From assembly GCA_050952625.1 (NCBI GenBank), contig JBMNLH010000001.1:1056001-1120000 (forward strand): a stretch of 64,000 bases of DNA, read 5' to 3'. Shown here piece by piece: positions 28,038-38,795 of this stretch. The position numbers and the translations under genes are program-made. This DNA is from Bacillota bacterium (GTDB lineage: Bacteria; Bacillota; Ch66; Ch109). Position 1 is the first letter of the stretch, and each line of letters opens with the position of its first letter. The notes beneath the pieces are model-generated. The model was not told the origin of the DNA and did no database searches. It was given only the letters and a program-made list of their open reading frames with translations.

Positions 28038-28928
28038 TTGGAACAGTATCAGGCAAGTATTTTAGTGGGGGTAACAGTGGGTTTTCTGGCACGCCTCTAC
28101 CTGTTAAAGGTTGATTACCGCCAGTACCCGAGCTACCCTCACGGTTATGTAACCCATATTTCCTTTGGTTTTATCGCCTCCGCCATCGGGGCGGTAGCCA
28201 TCCCGGCCATTATGAAACCAGATTTTACGGCAGTAACCTTTCTGGCTTTAGCAGCCACTCAGTTTCGGGAAGTCCGCCAAATGGAACGCGAAACTTTAGG
28301 CAAGTTGGACGAGTCAGAACTGGTCCCGCGGGGTAATGACTACATTGAAGGAATTGCCCGGGTTTTTGAAGCCCGTAATTATCTAGTGATGGCTGTAGCC
28401 ATGGTTAGCAGTCTGGTTACTTATTTGGTAGATTGGACCTTCGGGGTAGCGGCCGGAGCAATCGCGCAAATAATTGCACTAGAATTAATGAGTGGCGAGG
28501 TAGTTGGAGACATTGCTGAGGTTATTCCGAGCCGGCCAGTTTTTAATGGGGCTTTGTTAACCGTCGGCGGGGTTGTCATAATGAACATTGGCCTGCCCGA
28601 GCACCGGGAAAAAGTATTAAAAGAAGGTTTGGGTGCTTTGATAAAACCCAAAGATGACAATGCCCGGGCGACTTTGGACAACCTTGGTCAACGTCAAGCT
28701 ATCCTGCATGTCGCGGCAGCCTTATTAGGGTCAAAAAGAGAAATCGGCGAGTGGGAGTTTGCACCCTTGGTCCGCAAGGATATTAATACTGGAGTGCTCG
28801 CCATCTTTCTGTTGCCGATTGAGCCCGATATGGAGTGTTTGATTGAGGCCATTAATCGGGTGCCAGTATTGGAAAGCTCTAAGCGACGTCCCCTGTCTTC
28901 GCGGGTTGGCCGCCAAGCTGCGGATTAG
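28038..28928 (+). CDS. YIEGIA-family membrane protein
   Basis: DYRQYPSYPHG, QFREVRQMER and YIEGIARVFEARNY motifs. Confidence 0.92.
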   Translation: MEQYQASILVGVTVGFLARLYLLKVDYRQYPSYPHGYVTHISFGFIASAIGAVAIPAIMKPDFTAVTFLALAATQFREVRQMERETLGKLDESELVPRGNDYIEGIARVFEARNYLVMAVAMVSSLVTYLVDWTFGVAAGAIAQIIALELMSGEVVGDIAEVIPSRPVFNGALLTVGGVVIMNIGLPEHREKVLKEGLGALIKPKDDNARATLDNLGQRQAILHVAAALLGSKREIGEWEFAPLVRKDINTGVLAIFLLPIEPDMECLIEAINRVPVLESSKRRPLSSRVGRQAAD

Positions 28929-29026
28929 CCAGTTCAATTATTAGGTTCGAATAACAACAGCAGCATCACGAAAATATAAAGTTATAAAAAACACCACCGA
29001 AATAACGAAAAAGGCTGGCTTATGTC

Positions 29027-29221
29027 ATGTCTACTCAACCTAAAGAAACTGTATTAGCGATTGTGGCTTTGGGTCACGGAAAGGTGGCTGGTGGCGGAGC
29101 CCCGGTTTTTATCGTTGAAGATCAGGAGCAGCAAGAAAAGATATCTTTATACCTTAGCCGAGTTTTAAACGGAGCGATTCATGATCTGGAAAACGGGGTA
29201 TATATTATTGTCGGACATTAA
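29027..29221 (+). CDS. Small capping subunit associated with YIEGIA proteins
   Basis: 64 aa, KVAGGGAPVF..HDLENGVYIIV; follows the YIEGIA gene. Confidence 0.8.
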   Translation: MSTQPKETVLAIVALGHGKVAGGGAPVFIVEDQEQQEKISLYLSRVLNGAIHDLENGVYIIVGH

Positions 29222-29223
29222 GT

Positions 29224-29250
29224 TTCACCCCTCACGCCTCACCTCTCACC
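29224..29250. repeat. Short heptamer tandem repeat
   Basis: tcacccc tcacgcc tcacctc tcacc. Confidence 0.6.
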
Positions 29251-29282
29251 ATATAACAGCTTAGGGACAAGGGGTGAACTGC

Positions 29283-29311
29283 TTGACGTCACCCGGTTTC
29301 TGGTACATAAT
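29283..29311 (+). promoter_or_regulatory. Sigma-A promoter for the DUF512-der operon
   Basis: TTGACG-17nt-CATAAT. Confidence 0.55.
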
Positions 29312-29344
29312 GGAGTGAAGTTTAATCCAGCGGGGTGATGAAGA

Positions 29345-30727
29345 GTGGGTCAGGCCAAAAAGGTGCCTAAAGGGGCTTTGGTTTTTCAGATACAACCGGG
29401 GAGCCTGGCAGATAAAATAGGTCTTCAGCCCCAGGACATCATATTGTCGATAAACGGTAATGAAGTTAGGGATTTAATTGATTATCAATATTTGATGGCT
29501 GAAGAAAAAATAAAGCTGGATGTTCTCCACCCTGATGGAAATCGAGAATCATTATTGATTATTAAGGAAGAAGATGAGGATCTAGGGATTCGTTTTGAAG
29601 CGGCGGTTTTTGATGGGATTCGCCATTGCCAGAACCGCTGCTGTTTCTGTTTCGTTGATCAGCTTCCTTCGGGTTTACGTTCCAGTCTATATCTAAAAGA
29701 TGATGACTATCGTTTGTCATTTTTACATGGTAATTTCGTCACCCTGAATAACCTGCGGGAAGATGATCTGGAGCGGATCCTGAAGTGGCATTTAAGCCCG
29801 CTCTATGTATCAGTTCACACCACCGACCCAGAACTGCGGCCTCGGCTGATGGGCAACCGGCACGCTGGTCGGATTATGGAACATCTGAAACGTTTAAGTG
29901 CCGGCGGGATAACTATTCATGCCCAAATTGTTCTTTGTCCGGGTCTTAATGATCGGGCTTATTTGCAACAGACCATTCTTGATCTGGCTAGATTGGGGCC
30001 CAATATTGCTTCAGTAGGCGTGGTTCCAGTTGGCCTGACTCGCTATCGAGAAAATCTAACAAACTTACGCAGTTTTACAGCCGAGGAAGCTCGGGATTGT
30101 ATTGAGCTGATTCAGCAACTCCAGCTTAAATTTAAACGTCAGCGTGGCGAGCGATTTGTTTTCCTGTCTGATGAGTTTTATCTATTAGCCGGAGTTAACT
30201 TTCCGGCTCGAGAGTTTTATGAAGATTTTCCCCAGCTAGAAAATGGAGTAGGGCTATCCCGGTTATTCTTAGACGAATTCAACAAATTAGCGGCTCAATT
30301 ACCCAAAAGTCTTGATCATGCCCAAGAAGTATTAGTGATAACCGGTCAACTTGGCTATTTGGTTTTAAAACAAGTACTGCCGGCTTTCGAAGAGATTGAC
30401 CAGCTTAAGGTTAAGCTGCACACAGTGGACAACCTCTTTTTCGGACCAGGGATTACCGTTACCGGCCTATTAACCGGTCAGGATATCTACCACTCGTTAA
30501 CTAAGTCTTTGACTAACCGACCAGACCGGGTTATTATTTCAGAGGTAATGGTAAAAACGGGAACCACTTTGTTCCTGGATGATTGGACGGTCAATGACCT
30601 TGAAGAACGTCTAGGGGTTTCGGTTCAGGTTGCCTCGAACAACGCTCGGGGACTAATTGAAGCAGTAATCAATAGGAAACTTACTAGACTTCCCCGCAGA
30701 CGTTCGTTGCGATCGAGGTATAAATAG
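29345..30727 (+). CDS. DUF512 protein (PDZ plus radical-SAM-like CxxxCxxC)
   Basis: CQNRCCFCFVDQLP, KDDDYRLSFL.GNF and PQLENGVG motifs. Confidence 0.9.
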   Translation: MGQAKKVPKGALVFQIQPGSLADKIGLQPQDIILSINGNEVRDLIDYQYLMAEEKIKLDVLHPDGNRESLLIIKEEDEDLGIRFEAAVFDGIRHCQNRCCFCFVDQLPSGLRSSLYLKDDDYRLSFLHGNFVTLNNLREDDLERILKWHLSPLYVSVHTTDPELRPRLMGNRHAGRIMEHLKRLSAGGITIHAQIVLCPGLNDRAYLQQTILDLARLGPNIASVGVVPVGLTRYRENLTNLRSFTAEEARDCIELIQQLQLKFKRQRGERFVFLSDEFYLLAGVNFPAREFYEDFPQLENGVGLSRLFLDEFNKLAAQLPKSLDHAQEVLVITGQLGYLVLKQVLPAFEEIDQLKVKLHTVDNLFFGPGITVTGLLTGQDIYHSLTKSLTNRPDRVIISEVMVKTGTTLFLDDWTVNDLEERLGVSVQVASNNARGLIEAVINRKLTRLPRRRSLRSRYK

Positions 30728-30766
30728 GGTTTACTCAATAATCAAATCGTATTCTGGAGGAATCAA

Positions 30767-32089
30767 ATGGCACGGCCAGTTGTCGCGATTGTAGGACGCC
30801 CGAATGTTGGTAAATCAACCCTTTTTAACCGGATAACCGGGGGGATGACCGCGATTGTTGAGGATACCCCGGGAGTCACTAGAGACCGTCTCTACCGTCC
30901 AGGAGAATGGAGAGGACAGAAGTTTGTTCTAATTGATACGGGAGGGATTGTTCCAGATCCTGGAGAGAGCGTCATCCTGACTCAGACCAGGAAGCAGGCT
31001 GAAATAGCGATCGAAGAAGCAGATTTGATTTTGCTGGTCCTGGATGCCCGAGCTGGCATTACTACTGAAGACGAGGCTATTGCTTCGGTGTTGCGCCGGA
31101 CCCCGAAGCCGGTCCTGGTGGTAGCCAATAAGGTAGACGATTTTAACAAACCACCAAATTATTACGAGTTAATGGGTCTTGGCTTAGGGGAACCGGTACC
31201 GGTTTCCGCGGCCCAAGGCCTTAATGTGGGCGACCTGCTCGATATGATCGTTGAGCGATTACCTAAGGCAGACGTAGAAGAAATAGATGAGGACGTTATT
31301 CATATTGCCGTAATTGGTCGACCTAATGTCGGTAAGTCATCTTTAGTAAACGCTTTTCTCGGGGAGGAACGGGTGATTGTGAGCGAAATTCCAGGGACAA
31401 CCCGAGATGCGATTGATACTCCTTTTGAGAGGGACGGCCAGCGGTACGTTTTAATTGATACCGCGGGATTACGCCGCAAAGCTAGAATCGGCATAGGGAC
31501 TGAGCGTTATAGTGTGATTCGGACTCTAAGAGCCATTGACCGTTGCGATGTCGTCTTAATGGTCATAGACGCAACAGAGGGAGTAACTGAACAGGATAAA
31601 AAGATCGCTGGTTATGCTCATGAAGCCGGGAAAGCTACAATTTTGGTAATTAATAAGTGGGATCTAGTGATCAAGGATGAACGGACGATGAATAAATACG
31701 ATAAAGAAGTGCGGAATGACTTGCTGTTTTTACAGTACGCCCCCACTATTTATGTTTCAGTCAAGACCCGCCAACGGCTAGGCAAGGTTTTAGAACTGGT
31801 GGATTTTGTCGCGGAGCAACATTCCACTCGGGTTACTACTTCGACGTTAAACGAAGTTTTGAATGAGGCAACCCAATTAAACCCGCCACCGGGAGATAAA
31901 GGCAAGCGATTAAGGGTTCTTTATGGGACCCAAGTTCAAGTCAAGCCGCCGACTTTTGTGATATTTGTTAATGATCCTGAGTTGCTTCATTTTTCTTACC
32001 GGCGTTACCTGGAAAACCAGATTCGTAAAAATTTTGGGTTTGAGGGTTCCCCTCTGCGCTTGATAATTCGACAGCGCGAAGAGAGGTAG
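30767..32089 (+). CDS. der: Ribosome biogenesis GTPase Der
   Basis: Two GRPNVGKS G domains plus KH-like C-terminus. Confidence 0.98.
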   Translation: MARPVVAIVGRPNVGKSTLFNRITGGMTAIVEDTPGVTRDRLYRPGEWRGQKFVLIDTGGIVPDPGESVILTQTRKQAEIAIEEADLILLVLDARAGITTEDEAIASVLRRTPKPVLVVANKVDDFNKPPNYYELMGLGLGEPVPVSAAQGLNVGDLLDMIVERLPKADVEEIDEDVIHIAVIGRPNVGKSSLVNAFLGEERVIVSEIPGTTRDAIDTPFERDGQRYVLIDTAGLRRKARIGIGTERYSVIRTLRAIDRCDVVLMVIDATEGVTEQDKKIAGYAHEAGKATILVINKWDLVIKDERTMNKYDKEVRNDLLFLQYAPTIYVSVKTRQRLGKVLELVDFVAEQHSTRVTTSTLNEVLNEATQLNPPPGDKGKRLRVLYGTQVQVKPPTFVIFVNDPELLHFSYRRYLENQIRKNFGFEGSPLRLIIRQREER

Positions 32090-32137
32090 TCCTGGGGAAT
32101 CCGCCGATGTATCTAAGTATTGGGGCAGGGGGTTTTT

Positions 32138-32734
32138 ATGGGAGTTTTTGCAGTCATTATTGGTTATCTGGTGGGAGCTATTCCGTGCGGCTACTTGATT
32201 GGTCGTTATGGACGAAGAATTGATATCCGTCTTTATGGCAGCGGGAATATCGGGACCACTAACGCCTTTAGGATCTTAGGACCTCAATGGGGAATGCTCG
32301 TCTTTTTAGGTGATTTTTTAAAGGGAGTCATTCCAGTCCTCCTAGCTAAATGGCTGGTTGGCGGAAACATTATTCCGGTTCTAGCCGGTTTGGCAGCCAT
32401 AGCTGGACATAATTGGCCGATCTATCTAGGTTTTCGCGGTGGCCGGGGAGTGGCGACCGGTAGCGGAGTTATTTTGGCTTTGGTTCCGTTGGCTGTGCTC
32501 GTATTACTGGTAATTTGGGGATTAACTATTCTAATCACGCGTTACGTTTCCGTAGGCTCTATGACTGTTGCGGTCCTCGCCCCGATCGTCATGGGCTGGA
32601 TAGGCCATTCTTGGGGACTAGCTTTATTTGGTCTCCTGGCTGGAGGATTTGTCTTCTACCGTCATCTTCCTAATTTGCAGCGTCTCCGCTTAGGGGTGGA
32701 GCCTCGGATCGGTGATACTCGGCGGTTTTGGTAA
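32138..32734 (+). CDS. plsY: Glycerol-3-phosphate acyltransferase PlsY
   Basis: GSGNIGTTN, DFLKG, GHNWP..FRGGRGVAT and RH..NL.RL motifs. Confidence 0.95.
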   Translation: MGVFAVIIGYLVGAIPCGYLIGRYGRRIDIRLYGSGNIGTTNAFRILGPQWGMLVFLGDFLKGVIPVLLAKWLVGGNIIPVLAGLAAIAGHNWPIYLGFRGGRGVATGSGVILALVPLAVLVLLVIWGLTILITRYVSVGSMTVAVLAPIVMGWIGHSWGLALFGLLAGGFVFYRHLPNLQRLRLGVEPRIGDTRRFW

Positions 32735-32811
32735 CTAGCTTGGATTTGTCATTTTGAATGTCATGGTAAAACTAAGAATATAAGATCGTGTTATTGCTAT
32801 GATTATAACCG

Positions 32812-32930
32812 TTATTCGTTTATCGTGGTGCGGTAACGCATGATAATTCTGAGCGAGGCGAAGAATCCTTTCCACGCTGGGAAGTATGATCCTTTGCTAG
32901 CTCAGGATAACATTTGTCCGCTATTTTCAC
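32812..32930 (-). repeat. REP-like repeat family B, copy 3 (reversed)
   Basis: Reverse complement reads gtgaaaatagcggacaaatgttatcctgagc..ctcagaattatcatgcgttaccgcaccacgataaacgaataa. Confidence 0.85.
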
Positions 32931-32960
32931 TGCGAAAGAAATTATTAAGGATGGTGGGAC

Positions 32961-33993
32961 TTGGTGAGCAGAAGGGTGGCGGTGCTGGGAGCAGGAAGCT
33001 GGGGGACCGCTCTGGCGATTTTGTTAGCGGATAAAGGTTTTTCTGTTCGTCTATGGGGGAGAACTGAAGATGGAGTCCTGGACGTTCAGAAAAGCCGGGA
33101 GAACCGGCTTTTTTTGCCGGGGGTGCGGTTGCCTGATCTAATCGAAGTAACGGATAGTGAAACTAGAGCAAGTGAAGGGGCTGAGGCAGTTATTCTTTCA
33201 GTGCCGGCTCAAGCACTCCGTCAGGTAATCCGCCGGTTTTGTCCTCATTTATCTTCAAATGTCATTTTAGTCAACACGGCTAAAGGGATCGATACCTCGA
33301 GTCAGTTGCGTTTATCTGAGGTGCTTAAGGCGGAATTGCCAACTACCCTTACCAGTCGGATGGCTGTTTTGTCGGGTCCGAGTCACGCCGAAGAGGTGGC
33401 GCGGAGTTTGCCTACGACAGTTGTGGCAGCGGCTGAATCCCGATGGGTGGCGGAACAGGTTCAGGATTTGTTTTTGACACCGCGATTCCGAGTTTATACT
33501 AACCCGGATTTAATTGGAGTAGAATTAGGTGGAGCCCTGAAGAATATAATTGCTCTAGGTGCAGGAATGAGCGACGGTATGGGTTATGGAGATAACACCC
33601 GTTCAGCTTTGATTACTCGCGGTCTCACGGAAATAAAACGGTTGGGAATTGCGCTGGGAGCAAATTCAATGACTTTTTCTGGTTTATCCGGCCTCGGAGA
33701 CTTGATCGTTACCTGCAATAGTATGCATAGCCGGAATCGGCGCGCTGGGATTATGCTCGGTCAGGGATATCCTTTGGCGGAAGTCTTAGCAACAATTGGA
33801 ATGGTGGTTGAAGGGGTCGAGACTACGCGGGGCCGCTTATCATCTGGCTGCCCGCCTAGGAGTTGAAATGCCGATTACTAATCAAATTTATCAGGTGCTT
33901 TTTGAAGGCCTGTCACCCCGTGAAGCAGTCAATAATTTAATGCTGCGGCAGCGAACCCATGAAATAGAAGATGTGGTTGAGACAACGTGGTAG
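32961..33993 (+). CDS. gpsA: NAD(P)H-dependent glycerol-3-phosphate dehydrogenase (one frameshift near 33830)
   Basis: GAGSWGTALA, SGPSHAEEV, GGALKN and SRNRR motifs; removing one G from cgggg joins the two ORFs. Confidence 0.93.
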
Positions 33994-34122
33994 CCACCGG
34001 TTAGACAGATAAAATTCTTTTTCCCTCCTTTTTCTTTTTTCAGGTATAATCATGTTCCTCTAAAAATATATTTGTATTGTTAAAGCATGGTAATTACCTT
34101 TCTAAAAGGAGGGGACAGGATT

Positions 34123-35601
34123 GTGGAGAGAGTAGATATCTTTCAAGATATTGCTGAGCGGACCGGAGGCGATATCTATCTAGGAGTAGTCGGGCCAGTT
34201 CGGACCGGCAAATCAACTTTTATTCGTAAGTTTATGGAACTCATGGTAATTCCCAACATTGAGAGTGCTGCCGATCAGGATCGGTCACGCGACGAACTGC
34301 CGCAAGGGGCTGCCGGACGGACGATCATGACGGCTGAACCCAAGTTTGTCCCGGCTGAGGCTGTGGAAATTTCTATCCGGGAGGGCCTAAAGGCCAAGGT
34401 ACGAATGGTTGACTGCGTTGGGTACACCGTTGACGGGGCCTTAGGCTACGAAGAAGACGATGGCCCCCGAATGGTGATGACGCCATGGTTTGAAGAGGCT
34501 GTTGCCTTTCAGGAAGCAGCTGAATTTGGGACCCGTAAAGTGATAACGGATCATTCAACCGTCGGCCTAGTTGTAACCACGGATGGAAGTATTACTGAAA
34601 TTCCGCGAGAGAATTATCTGGCTTCAGAAGAGCGAGTCATTCAAGAGTTGAAAGAATTAAACAAGCCTTTTATTGTACTACTTAATTCGACTCAGCCTTA
34701 TGCTCGGGAGACTGCAGAACTGGTCCTCGAGCTTGAGTCCACTTACAACGTACCAGTGTTGCCGATCAATTGCCTGAACCTAGCCTACGAAGACGTTATG
34801 CGCATTATGGAAGAAGTCTTGTATGAATTCCCGGTCCGGGAGGTAAACGTTAATTTGCCGCGCTGGATTGAGGAACTAGAGGCACAGCATTGGCTAAGGG
34901 TTCAATTTGAAGATGCAGTTCGTGAATCGTTAGAAGATGTTCGAAGGTTGCGGGATATCGATGGGGCTATCGAACTGATGGCAGCCAAGGATATTGTCCT
35001 TGATGTCAGCCTTCAGGAAATGAATCTGGGAACCGGTGTTGCCACCATCGATATTATGGAGCAAGAAGATCTCTTCTTCCAGGTATTGGAGGAAGTTAGC
35101 GGCTTCCGTTTAGAAGGCGACCACGATCTATTCCGCTTAGTGAAGGATTTGAGTTTTGCTAAGAAAGAATATGACAAGATCGCCCAGGCTTTGCGGGAGG
35201 TTCGGGAAACCGGCTACGGCATTGTTACACCTCAACTTGATGAGATGCAGCTAGAAGATCCCGAAATGATTAGACAGGGTGGTCAATACGGGGTGCGCTT
35301 GAGGGCCAAGGCTCCCTCGCTGCATATAATCAGGGCAGATATTGCCACTGAGGTTACCCCGATAATTGGCACGGAGAAGCAGTGTCAGGATATGGTCCGC
35401 TTCCTGCTGGATGATTTCCAGGAAAATCCGATGAAAATCTGGGAAACGAATATCTTTGGCAAGACCTTATATGATTTAGTTAGGGAAGGGATCCAAAGCA
35501 AACTATACCGGATGCCGGAAAACGCTCAAGTTAAATTATCAGATACAGTGCAGCGGATTGTCAATGATGGTCATGGTGGGCTAATCTGTATAATTATCTG
35601 A
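34123..35601 (+). CDS. spoIVA: Stage IV sporulation protein A
   Basis: DIAERTGGDIYLGVVGPVRTGKSTFI and C-terminal GGLICIII. Confidence 0.98.
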   Translation: MERVDIFQDIAERTGGDIYLGVVGPVRTGKSTFIRKFMELMVIPNIESAADQDRSRDELPQGAAGRTIMTAEPKFVPAEAVEISIREGLKAKVRMVDCVGYTVDGALGYEEDDGPRMVMTPWFEEAVAFQEAAEFGTRKVITDHSTVGLVVTTDGSITEIPRENYLASEERVIQELKELNKPFIVLLNSTQPYARETAELVLELESTYNVPVLPINCLNLAYEDVMRIMEEVLYEFPVREVNVNLPRWIEELEAQHWLRVQFEDAVRESLEDVRRLRDIDGAIELMAAKDIVLDVSLQEMNLGTGVATIDIMEQEDLFFQVLEEVSGFRLEGDHDLFRLVKDLSFAKKEYDKIAQALREVRETGYGIVTPQLDEMQLEDPEMIRQGGQYGVRLRAKAPSLHIIRADIATEVTPIIGTEKQCQDMVRFLLDDFQENPMKIWETNIFGKTLYDLVREGIQSKLYRMPENAQVKLSDTVQRIVNDGHGGLICIII

Positions 35602-35692
35602 TAGTATTTTTCTTGTTATTAGTATTGGTTTATTGTGGTGTGGGCAACGCATGAAAGTAAATGGTGAGGCGAAAACGGATAAGTTTTGAGCT

Positions 35693-35720
35693 AAACCCGG
35701 ATTTAACCGGGTTTTTTGCT
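35693..35720 (+). terminator. Intrinsic terminator after spoIVA
   Basis: aaacccgg-atttaa-ccgggttt followed by T run. Confidence 0.8.
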
Positions 35721-35865
35721 TTTTTAGCATGTGAATTCAAGTGCAGGGAAGGATATTGACGAAACATGTCAAATAGTTTTTTAAGCTATATTGTAAATTT
35801 CATTCTCTGATAGTACCGTCGAAGGTAGCAGGGAGGCCAAAAATTTTGATAAGGAGTAGCATGAC

Positions 35866-37095
35866 ATGAAATACGTAGTTATTCTGGGCGATGGGATGTC
35901 TGATTATCCGATTAAGGAATTGGGCGATAAAACCCCACTGCAATACGCCCAAACCCCAAATTTGGATCACCTTGCTCGTTTAAGCACGCTGGGATTAGTC
36001 CGAACCGTACCACCCGGGATGCCACCCGGGAGCGATGTAGCGAATTTATCGGTTATGGGTTATGACCCACGCCTCTATTATACTGGGCGCTCCCCGCTGG
36101 AAGCCGCCAGCCTGGGGATTCATCTTGAACCATCAGACATTGCTTTCCGTTGCAATCTAGTTACCCTGTCAGATGAACCGGTTTACGCTGAGAAAACCAT
36201 GCTTGATTATAGTTCGGACGAGATAAGCACCCCGGAGTCCGCTCAACTGATAAGCGAAATAAATCGACAATTAGGGACCGACCGTTTAAATTTTTACGCC
36301 GGGATTAGTTATCGACACATTCTGGTCTGGAGAAACGGACCACTTGAAGAACTTGATTTAACCCCGCCCCATGACATCTCGGATCGTCAGATCGGGGATT
36401 ATCTTCCCAAGGGTGATCATAGCCAAGTGTTACTAGAATTAATGGTTGAAAGCAATAAGATCTTAACTAACCACCCGGTCAACTTGGCTCGGTTAGCCAA
36501 GGGACACTGCCCGGCAAATTCGATCTGGTTTTGGGGTCAGGGTAAAAAGCCGGTCCTCCCATCGTTTGCCGATAAATATGGCTTAAGCGGATCTGTCGTT
36601 TGTGCGGTCGATTTAATCAAGGGATTAGGGATCTGTGCTGATCTGGAGACGGTTAAGGTCCCCGGAGCGACTGGCGGGACCGTGACCAATTACCGGGGCA
36701 AGGCCCAGGCAGCCTTGGCGGAGCTGCGTAAGGGCAAAGACTTTGTCTATATCCACATCGAAGCTCCTGATGAGGCCGGCCACCGGGGAGAATTAGAGAC
36801 CAAGGTTCAGGCGATTGAGGCGATTGATGAGCTAGTAGTTGGTGAGATCCGGCAGGGGTTAGAGGAAAGTCGTCATCTGCCTGGGATGGAGGATTATCGC
36901 TTGCTCATTCTCCCAGATCACCCTACTCCTTTGAGCATTCGAACCCATGCGGCGGATGAGGTGCCATTTTTAATCTATCAGCGTAGCCAACACCAGGATA
37001 CCCCGGTCAACGGATATAATGAAGAAACAGCCCGGGCATCCGGCCTAAGGTTGAAAGACGGGTTTAAGCTGATGGATTGTTTTATTCGGGGATAA
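35866..37095 (+). CDS. apgM: Cofactor-independent phosphoglycerate mutase, ApgM family
   Basis: GDGMSD, PGSDVANL, EAPDEAGH and PDHPTP...H motifs. Confidence 0.9.
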   Translation: MKYVVILGDGMSDYPIKELGDKTPLQYAQTPNLDHLARLSTLGLVRTVPPGMPPGSDVANLSVMGYDPRLYYTGRSPLEAASLGIHLEPSDIAFRCNLVTLSDEPVYAEKTMLDYSSDEISTPESAQLISEINRQLGTDRLNFYAGISYRHILVWRNGPLEELDLTPPHDISDRQIGDYLPKGDHSQVLLELMVESNKILTNHPVNLARLAKGHCPANSIWFWGQGKKPVLPSFADKYGLSGSVVCAVDLIKGLGICADLETVKVPGATGGTVTNYRGKAQAALAELRKGKDFVYIHIEAPDEAGHRGELETKVQAIEAIDELVVGEIRQGLEESRHLPGMEDYRLLILPDHPTPLSIRTHAADEVPFLIYQRSQHQDTPVNGYNEETARASGLRLKDGFKLMDCFIRG

Positions 37096-37251
37096 AATAT
37101 GGCCCTGCTTTAATCAAATTTAGGAGCATATTACGCGTTTTGATTGTTACTGTATTCTAGCAGACGTGGCTTAGGTTACGAGCAAAAAAAAAGAAAATGT
37201 CCCTAGAAAACTTAATTAGAATTTACTAACAAGCAAAGGGGTCATAAACAA

Positions 37252-37947
37252 ATGAGCTCCCTCAAAAGAGCGTATTGCGACAATTATAATCGACAACAAC
37301 CCCCAAAACGTGTTCTCGTGATGACGGCGGTCTCGGCTGAACGAGAAGCAGTGTTGCGTGGGTTGGGCAATGAGCGAAATATTGATGTTATTTTAGCCGG
37401 CGTTGGGGCAGTTTCCGCCGCTGTCCACACAACGAAGGTCTTAGCCAAGGCAGATTACGGTTTAGTCATCTGCGCTGGAATTGGGGGAGGTTTCCCCAGC
37501 CGGGCAGAGATTGGCTCTATTGTGGTGGCTAACGAGATTGTCGCCGTCGATTTGGGCGCGGAAACGTCCGAGGGTTTCCAAAGTTTAGATGAGTTAGGTT
37601 TAGGTACTAGCCGAATCCCGGTCGAGGTTAGCTTAGTCAATGACGTAACTAACGTACTGCTCGCAGCCAAGTTGCCGGTGCAAACTGGCCCCGTGCTTAC
37701 AGTATCCACAGTAACGGGTTCAGCCGCGAGATCAGCCCAATTGACCGCCCGGGTGCCGGGAGCTGTCGCGGAGGCGATGGAGGGATATGGCGCGGCTTTC
37801 GCTGCAGTCGAATATGGACTACCGGTGCTGGAGCTTCGGGCTATCTCAAATCTGGTTGGTCCACGTGATCGGTCTGCTTGGCGGATCAAAGAAGCTTTGG
37901 ATATGTTGACCGCCGCCAGCTCAGTTCTATTGGGGGAATTAAAATGA
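37252..37947 (+). CDS. mqnB: Futalosine hydrolase
   Basis: PNP/MTAN fold, AGIGGGF, TVSTVTGS, EAMEG and RAISNLVGPRDR..W motifs; overlaps mqnD start. Confidence 0.9.
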   Translation: MSSLKRAYCDNYNRQQPPKRVLVMTAVSAEREAVLRGLGNERNIDVILAGVGAVSAAVHTTKVLAKADYGLVICAGIGGGFPSRAEIGSIVVANEIVAVDLGAETSEGFQSLDELGLGTSRIPVEVSLVNDVTNVLLAAKLPVQTGPVLTVSTVTGSAARSAQLTARVPGAVAEAMEGYGAAFAAVEYGLPVLELRAISNLVGPRDRSAWRIKEALDMLTAASSVLLGELK

Positions 37948-38795
37948 TGAATATTGCCTTCTCTTCTTGTCCTAACGATACATTTGTTTTTCATGCTTGG
38001 GTACATGGACTAATCCCCGGTGCTCCGAAGCTTATTGTCACTTATGCTGATATTGATATCACGAACAGTTTGGCTGCTAGCGGCGGCGGGCCGGATGTGC
38101 TCAAAATTTCGTATGCCGCCCTGCCTTGGGTGTTACCTGACTACACCCTCTTACCCTGCGGAGGGGCCTTGGGTAGAGGCTGCGGACCGCTAGTCCTGAC
38201 ATTAAACAAAACTAGTCGCAACCTAAGTCCGGCGGTCTTAGCGGGCCGTCGGGTAGCGGTGCCAAGTGAGCGATCAACTGCCTACTTGCTATTTCGGCTG
38301 TGGGCCGCTGCCCAGGTACCGGGAGGGGTGGGTGAAATAGTGATTTTACCGTTTCACGAGATCATGCCGGCTGTGCGTGATGGGCTTGTTGATGCTGGGC
38401 TAGTAATCCACGAGGCTCGTTTCACTTATCCAGCCTATGGACTTACGCAAGTGGCTGACTTAGGCACTTGGTGGGAGGGCCAGACTAACTTGCCCTTACC
38501 ACTAGGAGCGATCATTGCCCGGCGTTCTCTTGACCTACCAGCAATTGTCAGTTGGATTCGCGCTTCCGTTAAATATGCCTGGGCCCACCCAAAAGCTTCC
38601 CAGGATTACGTGTTAAGTCATGCCCAGGAGTTATCTCCAGAAGTAGTTAAAGCGCATATCGACCTTTATGTCAATGATTATACAGAAAATCTAGGTGAGA
38701 TAGGCTATCAGGCGGTAACTACTCTGCTTAGCCGCGCTGCTCAAGCTGGGCTAGTTCCTGAGGTGGATTGGAGAACAATGACTCCTGTTTTGTAA
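37944..38795 (+). CDS. mqnD: 1,4-dihydroxy-6-naphthoate synthase
   Basis: CPNDTF, GGALGRGCGPL, IHEARFTY, DLG.WW and PLPLG motifs. Confidence 0.93.
   Translation: MMNIAFSSCPNDTFVFHAWVHGLIPGAPKLIVTYADIDITNSLAASGGGPDVLKISYAALPWVLPDYTLLPCGGALGRGCGPLVLTLNKTSRNLSPAVLAGRRVAVPSERSTAYLLFRLWAAAQVPGGVGEIVILPFHEIMPAVRDGLVDAGLVIHEARFTYPAYGLTQVADLGTWWEGQTNLPLPLGAIIARRSLDLPAIVSWIRASVKYAWAHPKASQDYVLSHAQELSPEVVKAHIDLYVNDYTENLGEIGYQAVTTLLSRAAQAGLVPEVDWRTMTPVL

Noticed and set aside
32840-33034. Short ORFs at 32840, 6506 and 4946
   Set aside because: They overlap dispersed repeats or regulatory spacers and have no coding signal
33796-33993. gpsA as a pseudogene or as two genes
   Set aside because: A single extra G in a G run separates two intact halves of a conserved gene; most likely a sequencing error
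37455-38006. 183-aa minus-strand ORF and the many similar antisense ORFs in the track
   Set aside because: They lie opposite well-supported genes and have no motifs of their own
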